In this document: piece after piece, positions 48,831 to 59,869 of the stretch
Layout: the number at the start of each line of letters is the position of its first letter
Position numbering within the stretch: the stretch's first letter is position 1
From: Mobula hypostoma
Taxonomy: Eukaryota
Reading direction: 5' to 3'
Length of the DNA: 64,000 nt
Assembly (NCBI RefSeq): GCF_963921235.1
Contig: NC_086097.1
Span: forward strand, 216,010,001 to 216,074,000
The notes under the pieces: generated by a model
Databases searched by the model: none
The model's input: the letters and a program-made list of their open reading frames with translations, nothing else
Told to the model about the DNA's origin: nothing
Position numbers and translations under genes: made by a program

Positions 48831-49834
48831 GAGCACTTTGGTTGAGGGTCACGGAGGCCAGAGTTGAGTCACTGTCTTGGTCTGGCGCGGTGGGGCGCCT
48901 GGTGAGCACCCGTGGGTCGTAGGCGGTGGGAGGTGGCGCCAACCAAGATGACCGCCCCCATGTCTCGCACGTGGTGACGGCGTGCAGGGAAGATGGCGGC
49001 CCCCATGTCTCGCACGTGGTGGCAGAGTGCAGGCAAGATGGCCACAGCCAAGATGGCGACCCCCATGCCTCACACGCAGTGCTGCTCGATCCCGCTCGCG
49101 GTTTGGACTTACAGGCCTTGGTGAAGTGCCCCTTCTTTCCGCAACTGGAGCAGGTAGCTTCTCGGGCCGGGCAGCGTTTCCGGGGGTGCTTCTCCAGTCC
49201 GCAGAAGTAGCACTTCACGGACTCACAACTGGCAGCAGCCGTGGTCGATTCGCCAGCGAGTTGCGGGGTCTGCGGCGTCCACGAGGCCATCGGGAGATCG
49301 CGTGCCTGGACAGCGTCAGAGTTGTGCAGAGCGGCCTCCTGCGTGTCGGCCAGCTCAATCGCCGAACGTAAGGTTAGATCGGCGTGTTCCAGCAGCCGCT
49401 GGCGCACGTACACTGACCTGGTCCCTGTGACAAAGACGTCTCTTACAGCAGCTCCGCATGTTCTTCGGCCGTCAGTCCCCGGAAATTGCAAGCCCGCACG
49501 AGTGTCTGCAGGGCCTGGACGAACTCAGCGCTTGACTCTCCGGGCTGCCGCTGCTGCGTTGCCAAGCGATGTCGCGCATAGACGGTGTTTACTGGCTGCA
49601 GGTATTGTCTTCTGAGGGCACTCATCGCGCCTCGTAGCTCGGCTGGTCTCTAGTCATTGAGTAGACCCATGGACTGACCCTGGAGAGGAGAACTCTGCGC
49701 TTCGCGGTGGGCTCGGTCACTTCAATCTCCTCCGGGTATGATTCGAAGCAGGCCAGCCAGAGTTCGAAAGCGCTTCCGGCTTCGGGTGTTTGCGGGTCGA
49801 GGTCTAGCTTGTCGGGTCTCAGGATGTGTTCCAT
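48830..49834 (-). pseudogene. Gypsy gag remnant (frameshifted) with two zinc knuckles
   Basis: MEHILRPDKLDLDP..., ARHRLATQQRQPGES, RDVFVTG..S..VRQRLLE, CYFCGLEKHPRKRC and CSSCGKKGHFTKAC. Confidence 0.9.
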
Positions 49835-49859
49835 GCTTTAAAGTTACTGTTAATAAAAT

Positions 49860-50081
49860 TGATGCACTATCAATTTACTGGAAGTAGAGCAAATACTGAA
49901 AGGTTTTTATTTACAGTAAAATGGACCAACATCCATGCTGAATATCTGTCCTGGACTGTGGGAGGAGCAGTGACACAATCGCTTTTATTCAGGGGGTCTG
50001 TGTGAGGAGCCACAGGAGCAGTCAGCAGAGAGGTGTGTCCAGACAGGTAACCCAGTTACAATATATATATGGTTTACCACA
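49860..50081 (-). repeat. 5' LTR (222 bp)
   Basis: Direct repeat of 46622-46852, about 90% identical by eye. Confidence 0.95.
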
Positions 50082-51599
50082 TTCTAGATGCAATTAGTGT
50101 TACAAACAACAAATCAAGAGTTTGCAGTGCATTACTCCATAAATGAGCCCGTATTTGGAAAAGCACCTTTGCCCCCTTCCTTCCAACCAAGAGAACAGAC
50201 AGCAGGACAAGTCCAAGGTTTGCCATGTCCCCTTTGGTGTAGAGTGCCATTGACTGCACGAGGATTGCTTTTAGTGTTTGTCTGTGCTTGGCTATCTTCA
50301 TCAGCCGATGGGGACTCCACTGCTCCGGGCTGCCCGTGGTTACAAGCCAGCTGCACATTATGCAGGTGAGTGCCTGTCAGCCAGGCAGCAATCAATTGTT
50401 TCATTCTGAGGCACACCCTGTTCTTTCTGGATTTGAACTAGCCATGTTTATCTCAGCAATGTGTTCATAACCGTGAAATCTGGCTTTATTTGAGTAAACC
50501 ATTTCCTTGTCTTTTATCTAGCGCCACCAAAAGCTTTCAGAAAAAAAATCAGAAAAGATTATGGCAATCTAATGCAGTCTAGCCAAGCTTTCATATATCT
50601 GCTTGACTACAAACAACTCCCACCATATTGTTTCATTTTAACAAGTTATACAGCACATCAATTCCAACGTAGCTATTTTTTATGTCTTTTGCTTCCTATT
50701 GTCACTTCAGATATGTGCTTTTCAAGTTGAGAGGCATCTTTACATCAAAAATATACCACTTCATATTTCCAACTACAATCACATTCTCCAAATTTATTAA
50801 TGAATTCCCACATTCAATCACAGTCTCATCCATATTAAGTACTGTCCCAACCCTAGGTTTAGCGTTGTTCTTACTTGTCAAAATTGCACTTCTAATCGCA
50901 ACAAATACTGTTCACTGTATGAATCAAAGTCAGGTGTATGATCACTAAGATATGTTGTGAAATGTGTTGCTTTGTGGGAGCAGTACCCTGCTAAACATAA
51001 AATTACTACAAGACTTCAAAAATGCAGACAAGCGAGGCCTCTAGTTCTTCCCTGCAATACACACTGAAAGAAAGTGGAAAATGTTCCCCATATTATGTTT
51101 TTATAATGTGACTGTTACAGGTAAGTACCTTCCAATGTGAGCAAGCTGCCGATGTGGGGATTGTCCCAGTGCTAGGCCTGTGAGCATGTGCTGGACTACG
51201 TGGATTAAAAGGGCTGAGAACTGATTGAAGGAGACTGATGGCGGGTGGTGGTGGAGGGAGGACGTGTTCTACAATGGCTGTGCAGTAACATGCACAGTAA
51301 TTGAGGCTCACAGCACAGTTGATAGGATACGTGATTTAAAGCCTGAACCTATTCACTCTGACTACTCTTCAATGTCTTTAAACTTCTTGCACTCGTTTCA
51401 GTGTTCTTGGAAAGCAAGCTCGCAAAGTAACCTCTCCATTCTACCAGCAGGCTGAGATGCTTCAAATAAGAAGTATTTAATGTGAAAACAAACTGTAATG
51501 CAGTCCCATAGGCAACACAAAGCTAAACTTCCCCTCTGAAGTGTAATAGAGGGGCTTTGGAGAAGTTAAAGCATTTATCCTTGATCTTCAATGGCATTG

Positions 51600-52190
51600 G
51601 CATTGCCAGAACCCCCATCAATAACGTCATGAGGATGCAACATCTCTATGATCTAACTTAACAGATCGGAGCTGGTGTCCCATGTCAAGTGACTCATCTC
51701 TGGACACCCAAAGCCTGTTCACCATCTAAAAGGTGAAATCCAGCAGCATGATGGAATACTCTCCACTTGCCTGGATGAGTGCAACTCCCCTGAAGAACCA
51801 CAACATTTTACAAAACAAAGAAGTCTGCTTTATTGCACCCTGTCTACATTCCTAAATATTCATTCTCTTCCCTATCATTGCAATATAGCTACAGTGTGTA
51901 CTAATTGACTGTTACAGTCTAATCTGCCAGTAGCTCCTAACCACAGAATCTCTGCCACCTCAAAGGGAAGGAAGTCCAGGTAAGGCCACCAAATTTTTGT
52001 TCCCTCCAAGTCACACAACATCCTGACTCAGAAATAGGTTTTGTTCCTTCACTGCCAAAGGGTTTAAATCCTGAAACTCCCTCCCCAACTGCACTATGGT
52101 ACCTCCAGCAGGACTGCAGCTGTTCAAAGCAGCAATCCACCACCGACTTCTTAAAGGTAAGGAAGGATGGGCAGTAAACCCTGGCCTGGT
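51600..52190 (+). mobile_element. Ancient L2/CR1-group LINE 3' fragment
   Basis: ACCATCTA.AAGG...ATGGAATACTCTCCACTTGCCTGGATGAGTGCA (MEYSPLAWMSA) and a W-NSLP-like end. Confidence 0.55.
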
Positions 52191-55100
52191 CAGCCAGAGA
52201 AAAATACTAAAATAATATTACACTAATTTCAAAACATAACATCAATTGTCTGTAAACTCTCTTTTGCACTATGCAAATCCTTCCACGAGTCAGCAGGGAA
52301 TTACCTCAAGGATTTTAAGCTGACTGTGAGCAGAAGACTTTGCCGTCTCGATTCCATGGGGACCCTTCCCCAACTGCCTTAGTTGCAACAAAATGGCACA
52401 GAGCCAGAGACAATGGGCAGTAGGGTGGGCACTAATAATATGTTCCTACAGTCACCAGGCAAAATCCAAAGAACATAATGACCACTCCCCACTTTGGGAA
52501 TGGAGGAACCCCTATCAACAGCTAAAAACAGCTGGCGAATCCATCATGCCACACCTCCACTGCTAATGCGGGAAATCAGAATTTCAGCCCCAATGTATTT
52601 TTGTCAGGTTCTGTTTATCAGAGCAGTTTACAGTGAAAAAGATTATTGAATCTTCATATCCCATTTCCACGGTATGCCAAGCAACACATATAGCCCTTTG
52701 AAAACCTATTGTAAATTCAAAGCAGTATACAGAGCACACTGGCTTCCAACAGGTCAAAATATTCTGCACTCCAATCCTCAAAAACCTATTTGCATCTCTA
52801 AACTAATCAGCGTCAGCAATTAAGCTGCCCTCCACTTTTTCCAGACTGGTAACACTGCCACAAACAAGAGTTTGATTTTCATTACACTATAATGTGCTCG
52901 GGTTGTGTCTGTGAATACAAGTGAATTGCTTGGAGACAAAGACCTGGTCCATTATCCAGGACATCCCTATTGAAGCAGCTGCCTCCACCACATTCACGCT
53001 GACAAACTTCCAGCAAAACAGATGGTTTGAGTATTCATGACTGGTTCTGTAGAAGCCCAAGAGTCAACTATTCAGGGGACTTTTTGTAATCGATTTGATA
53101 ATGAGCCTTTCTACTCTGGTGGAAAGATTAGACCAGTTTCCTTACAAAAAGATGTTTTAATACATATAAAATAGCTTGTACACACAAGTCAAAGGCGGTT
53201 ATAACAGAGTGAACTCAACTGTTATCACTACAGAATGTATACATTTCAATAAATCAAAAGTACTTCAAATTTTTTTTTACAATGTAAAAAGTGTACATTA
53301 AAAGAACAAAAGGCATTTTCTACTTGAAACATTTTATATTCCTTTTAAATTTGCAAACAAATTTACATTCATCCTAATTTCCTGCAATGCTGTTCAATAT
53401 ACTTTACTGCTTACAAATCATTGTTACATTTTAGGTTTTGATTTGAGCATTTTAGATAATTAGTGGTTACTTGGAATTTTTTTTAAGAGCATAGGGAGAA
53501 ATGAATACCTACTGCACCTCACAGACATAGCTTTACAGCAATATAGTGAGTAGAAATTTGTTCATGATCTGCATTTTCTAATTTTGTAGCAACGCAATAC
53601 TGAAGCTCCACAGTTAAATGTTAATTGTACTCCATATACTGAAGGAAACTTGTCAAATGGAAGAATTAATTTTTCATGTATGTTCATTGCCAGCCGGCCC
53701 TTGCAAGAAATCTTCTAAAATAGGAAAAACTCACTCCCACACCCAAAATTTAGCTTTTTGGATTAAGGTTGCGAGATTTTGAAAACAGAAAGTTAGGTGA
53801 TGCAAGAAATAATACAAATTCCTAAGCTTTTTTTGTTACAATTGTATGAAATTTTCATCACACATCAAAAGATTCTGTATCATTTCAGTATGGCGTTAGA
53901 TACGTGGATAATGACCAAAGAAAAAATGGCGGGAGGCTGTTAGCACTTTAGTACAAGGATGTTTATTAGGTGTGTCAAAAATCAAACTTACAAAAATTAG
54001 CAAAAATTGTGAAAAGTAAACTGCCAGTTTTTACAGAAAGTATTCTACCAGAAAGGACAATAATAGCTTTGTACCTATTCTGGTCCAGTGTGAAATTCCG
54101 GCAGCCCCCATCTCTCTCTCTCCCTGAGGGCAATGCGTTCCTTTAATTCAACACTAGGACAGACCATCTTTAGTTACCAACAAAGTTAACTTAAGGCATG
54201 AATTAGAATCGATACACCCCACAATATGGTTACAATTATATTACAAAACAGACAAAAGTATCTACATTAAATGCAACATATAAACACTATATACACATTT
54301 TCACATTACTAAAGAAATTGAATATTCCGCCTTGTACGGTGGGAAAGGCACCATAAAGCCAATCTGAGTGTATCAACTCCGTGTAGGACCCATTATGAGA
54401 ATATGAATATGCAGGGGAAGTACACTCAGTGCAACGACAGCAGAATGACAAGGCAATGTTTGTGTGTGTATATATATAAGGAGTGCTTTTTTCGACTGCT
54501 CTACGTCACACAGGATTGCTTAAACTAACCAGAAATAAAGCACAGAAAGAAACCTCTCAGTCCATTTGTCCATGCTGATTCTTTGATAAAATTTTCATTT
54601 AGAAAGAATCTCAGAATATTTATGATTCTGGCGGCCACTGAACCCCCATTAGGTCTATCCTACTCCAAAGAGAGCTCTTCAAATGAATATCCAGGCACTT
54701 AACTCTTTCAGCCTGTGAGTTCCAGACGCCTATCATTTTCTGGTGGAAAAAATGCCTACCTCTCTTCTAATCTTCTATCAAATATTTTAAATCTGCTTCT
54801 TCATGTTTTTCAGACAGATCTTTAAGTCTTTCTAGATCCCTCAATTTTGTACAGTAATTCATAATTTATTAAATCATAAGTTTTGACTTTCCACTTAATT
54901 GACACTTGTCTGTGTGAATCCCCATACACCACCTCCAGTGCAATCATACCTTCGTTCTAATGTGGGAACCTACTTAAAAACAGTTGGTATCCAAGTATTG
55001 TTCTATACAACTATTACATATACTCTCTGCCATTACATTCTGTGCCTCAATTACAAAGAGAAAGCACCCAGTATGCCTTTTTATCCACCTTGCCCACCTG

Positions 55101-55599
55101 TCCTGTGTTCTTTCAGGATCTGTGGGCCTACATTTCAATTCTGTCAGACCTCCCAAATGCTCCCACTGTATATTCCCTTGCCTTGTTGCACCCACGTGCA
55201 ATGGTCTGTGTTTCTCTAGATTACAACCCATTTACATTTTTGTTGGCCCAATTGACCAGACTAACTTTGTTCTCCTGCAATCTAAAGTCTGTCCAAACCA
55301 CACACACCGTCTGCATCAGAAACTGGAAAAGGAAACGTGATTGTGTGAGATTGTGAAATATACTTAACATGCCAACGAGCTAGAGGGAATGTTGATGGCC
55401 ATCCACTCCCTATAACTCAGGCCCCCTTGTCCAGGCAGCATCCTCACACACCTTCTGCGCCTCTCCAGCTTGACAATGTCTCTTCAAATGGTGATCAAAA
55501 CTGTATCTCAGCACTTTAGATTTAGACTACCCAACCCTGGGGAAAAAGAGATGAAAACTATACACAATATGCAGTTTTGTCAATGACTTGTGTAAAACA

Positions 55600-56330
55600 T
55601 ACATAAAACATTACAGCACAGTACTGGGTCCTCAGCGCTCGATGTTCTGCCAACCTTTTAACCTACCCCGAGATCAATCTCACCCCTCCCTCCCACATAG
55701 CCCACCATTTTTCTATCATCCTTGAGCCTAGCTGAAGATTTTAAAAATATCCAAAATGTATCTGCCTCTACCATCACCCTGGCAGGCCATTCCATGCACC
55801 CATCATTCCCTCTATAAAGAACTTGCCTCTGTTATCCCATCTATACTTTCCTCCATTCACCTTAAAATTAGTCATTTCCACCTAGACAAAATGTCGCTGG
55901 CTTTCCATTTGATCTATGCCTCTTATCGTCTTGTACATTTCTATTAAGTCACTTCTCATCTTCCTTCCCTTCAAAGAGAAAAGCCCCAGCTCACTCAAAC
56001 TACCTTCATTTATGATATGCCCTGTAGTCTAGGAGGGCAACATAATTACCCTACTGCTAACCTGATCCCTGACCAAGTGATGCTTGCATGCTGACTGTCT
56101 TGCCTTCTTCCCCGCCCTGTCTATTTGTGTGGCTACGTTCAATGAACTGTGTAGTTGTACACTCAGGTCCCTTTGTACCACGACACCTGTCAATGCACTT
56201 CATAATCCCTACCCTGATTTGACTGTCCAAAATGAATCAACTCATACCGATCCAAGTTGAAATCCATTAGCCACTTCTCAGCCCATCTCCCTTATCTAAC
56301 GATGATGTCTGCAATTCTTCATAATCTGCC
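55600..56330 (-). mobile_element. Old CR1 3' fragments
   Basis: Reverse CR1 3'UTR (ACATTACAGCACAGTAC...) and decayed RGDLIEMYK and WLMDFN remnants. Confidence 0.6.
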
Positions 56331-56619
56331 CAGACTCCCTGAATTACAATCAGAATTGGTTGACTCATTACAATGTATGAGATACAGTGAAAAGCCTGCC
56401 TTGCTTGTACACAGTGCATTGAGGGAGAACAAGGTAAAACAATAATGAACTGTATCAGCAACAGAGGAAGTGCAGTGCAAGCAAACAATAAGATGCAAGA
56501 TCATAACAAGGTAGACTGTGAGGTCTAGAGTCCCTTATTATAGCTGGGAACAGCAAGGTAAAAGCTGTCCTTGAGCCTTGATAGTACGTGCTTTCAGTAT
56601 CTTTTGCCCAATGGAAGAG

Positions 56620-57085
56620 GGAAGAAGAAATACAAGGTGATAGGTCAGACTGGGGGAGGAGGGAAGGAAGGGTGAAGTAAAGACGTGGGAAGTTGATTGG
56701 TGAAAGAGATACAGGGCGGGAGAAGGGGAAATTTGATAGGAGAGGACAGAAGGCCATGGAAGAAAGAAAAGGGGGAGGAGCACCAGAGGGGGCTGATAGG
56801 CAGGTAAGGAGATAAGGTGAGAGAGGGAAATGGCAATGAGGAATGGTGAAGGCGGGGGGCGGGCGGGGGGGGGGCGCGGGTGAAACATTACCAGAAGTTC
56901 GAGAAATCAATGTTCATGCCATCAGGTTGAGGTTGGAGGCTACCCAGATGGAATAAAAGGTGCTGTTCCTCCAACCTGAGTGTGGCCTCATCGCGACAGT
57001 AGAGGAGGCCATGGACTGACAAGCTGGAATGTGAATGGGAAGTGGAGTTAAAATGGGTGGCCACTGGGAGATCTCGCTTTTTCAG
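56620..57085 (-). mobile_element. Penelope-like family B fragment (GIY-YIG C-terminus and pLTR)
   Basis: DLPVATHFNSTSHSHSSLSVHGLLYCRDEATLRLEEQHLLFHLGSLQP..GMNIDFSNF. Confidence 0.9.
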
Positions 57086-57619
57086 GTAGGTGCTTGGCAA
57101 AGCGGTCTCCCAAACTACATCTATTCATTCTCCTCTTACGTATTTATTATACTCGTCCCATGGTTACTGTTGAATGTGTTGCCCTCTCAAATATTGGGTT
57201 GCAGCTGTTACTTTTTTTGAAATAAAGGAAACATCTGCAATCCTCTAACACAACCCATAATCAAGGAGAAATAAAACATTGTGGGCAGAGTCTCTGCAAC
57301 TTTAAATGTCACTTTTCTCAGTAAGGCAAGATATGTCCCAGCCAGGTGGGTCACTTTTCTATTTTATTGTTTGCCAGACCATTAAGTGCCATGCTTTTAT
57401 CCATTTTTAAATCACAACTGTCTCCTTCTACGTCTCCTGTTCTGTTGCATTGAAAACACTCTGTACTGAAGATGAAAAAAATTGGTCATTGGCTACAATA
57501 AACTGCCTAAAATATGTTAAAAACAGATCTGTGAAATCCACTGCTCTGGTCATTTTAGAAACAAGTGTGCAGAAGCATTGACTGTTTATTCCTTTTCATA
57601 GATGCTGCTGCTGCCTCAA

Positions 57620-59690
57620 AGTTCAAGCTTCAAACTTCAAAGTAAATTTATTAATCCAGGTATGTCACCATATGCAACCCTGAGATTCATTTTCAAGTAG
57701 GCATACTCAATAAATCCACAATACAATAATAATCCTAATAGAATGAATAAAAGACCACACCAAGTTGGGCATTTAACCAGTGTGCAAAAGACAACAAACG
57801 TGCAAATAGAAGAAAAAAGAAATAATAATACTAAATAAGTAAGCAATAAATATCAAGAACATGAGATGAAGAGTCCTTGAAAGTGAGTCCATAGGTTGTG
57901 GGAACATATCAGTGATGGGGCAAGTGAAGTTACAGTAAGATGCTGTGTTCATGTTGAACAAGTGAACATTGAACAGGTCAGTCATCCAGGGTAACTGATA
58001 TCAATAGGTAACTTCAAATACATAGTGCTTCAAGGAAAATGCACATCTTTCTGCCCAAGCCACATAGTAAAATTTCCTTAATTGAAAGGAGTGAATTTGT
58101 AATTATATACAGATCTTGCTTCTTGAAAGGTTAATGAAAAACAAATGGTGAGTCCATAGGTTGTGGGAACATATCAGTGATGGGGCAAGTGAAGTTGAGT
58201 GAAGTTATCCCCTTTGGTGCAAGAGCCTGATGACTGAGGGGTATTAATCGTTCCTGAGCAGCGTGAAGAGAACATGACCTGGGTGGTGGGGGGTCCCTGA
58301 TGATGGATACTGCTTTCCTGTGACAACACTCCACATAGATGAGCTCAATGGTGGGGAGGCCTTTATCCGTGAGGTACTGGGCCTTGTCCTCTACGTTTTG
58401 TAGGACTTTCCATTCAAGGGCATTGGTGTTTCCATACCCGGCTGTGATACAGCCAGTCAATATACATACATTTTGAGAAGTTTGTTAACGTTTTAGATAC
58501 CATGCCTCAACTGCGCAAAGTCCTCAGGAAGTAGGAGTGCTTTCTTCTTAATTGCACTTACCTGCTGGGCCCAGGACAGGTCCTCCAAATCAACAACGCC
58601 AAGGAATTTTAAACTGCTGGTCCTCTCCGCCTCTGATCCTCTGATGAGGACTGGCTCATGGACCTCTGGTTTCCTACTCCTGAAGTCAATAGTCAGCTCC
58701 TTGGTCTTGCCGACATCGAGAAAGAGGTCGTTGTTGTGACACTACTCAGCCAGATTTTCAATCTCCCTCCTATATGCTGATTCATCATCACCTTTGATTC
58801 AACCTACAACAGTGGTGCTGTCATCAAACTTGAACATGGCATTGAACGTGGTACGTACGCAGAAAAAGACACTCAGGGTTGTATTTGATGACATGTATGT
58901 AGTCTGATAATAAATTTTACTTTGACCTTTGTACTTTGAACTTTGAATTGTGCTTAGCCACACAGTCATAGGTGTAAAGCAAGAACAGCAAGGGGCTAAG
59001 CACACACCCTTGTGGTTCACTTGTGCTGTGGAAATCATGGAGATGTTGTTGCCAATCCAGACTAAATGGGGTCTGACTGGAGGAAATCAAGGATCCAATT
59101 GCACAAGGTGGTATTAAAGCTAAGGTCTAGAAGCTTACTGATTAGTTTTAAGGGGATAATGGTATTGAATGACAAGCTGTAGTTGATAAAGAGCATCCTG
59201 ATGTATGCATCTTTACTGTCCAGATGTTCCAGGGTTGAGTGAAAAGCTAATGAGACAGCATCTGCTGTGGACCTGTTGCAACTGTCGGCAAATTGGAGCA
59301 GGTCCAAGTCACTTCTCAGGCAGGAGTTGATACATTTCATCACCAAACTCTCAAAACACTTCATCACTGTAGATGTCAGTGCTTCTGGACAATATTCATT
59401 GAACCAGGTTACCATATTCTTCTTAGGCACTGGTATAATTGAAGTCTGTTTAAAGCAGGCGGGTACCTCAGACTGCCGAAGTGAGGTTAGAGATTGCTGT
59501 GAACACTCCAGCCAGCTGACCAGCACAGGTCTTTAGTACTTGTCCAGCTATCCCGCCCGAGACGGATGCTCTTTGTGGGTTCACCCTCCTGAAGGCTGCT
59601 CACATGACAGCCTCAGAGACTGAAATCACGAGGTCATTGGCAGTTGTGGGAGCTCATGATAGTTCCTCCATGTTTTGATGGTCAAAGCGA
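57620..59690 (-). mobile_element. Rex1/Babar LINE, 5'-truncated and degraded
   Basis: VPACFKQTSIIPVPKK...ALTSTVMKCFE...RMLFINYSLSFNTI...FKFDDSTTVVG...GCITAGYGN, with a (TTTGAAC)-type tail. Confidence 0.92.
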
Positions 59691-59869
59691 GCCACACCTC
59701 GGACAACAGCTTTGACAGGCCACCCAAACCACATGAAAGTAGCCGTTGGGGTTCCTTTGAACCCTCGGTGACTTCAGGCTTGTCTACCCAAAGCATGTGA
59801 AGACTGGATTCAGCAGCCTGTGCAGAGGAAACCACTAACTGGTTCAATGGGCAGGAAGGCATTTCCTAG

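Larger units (their letters stand above)
46622..50081 (-). mobile_element. Ty3/Gypsy LTR retrotransposon, internally deleted (no RNase H or integrase core)
   Basis: Two LTRs with TG...CA ends, 5-bp TSD TTCCA/TTCTA (46617-46621 and 50082-50086), gag with two CCHC knuckles, protease, RT and PPT. Confidence 0.95.

Noticed and set aside
48943..49080. CRISPR-like array
   Set aside because: The units are contiguous tandem repeats without unique spacers, inside a eukaryotic gag ORF.
51093..51311. Pro-rich minus-strand ORF as a coding exon
   Set aside because: Weak splice sites, two frames equally open, and no recognisable protein.
54390..54510. Promoter (octamer-like ATGAATATGCA and TATATATAAG)
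   Set aside because: The TATA is part of a TG/TA microsatellite, and no downstream exon or RNA gene is supported.
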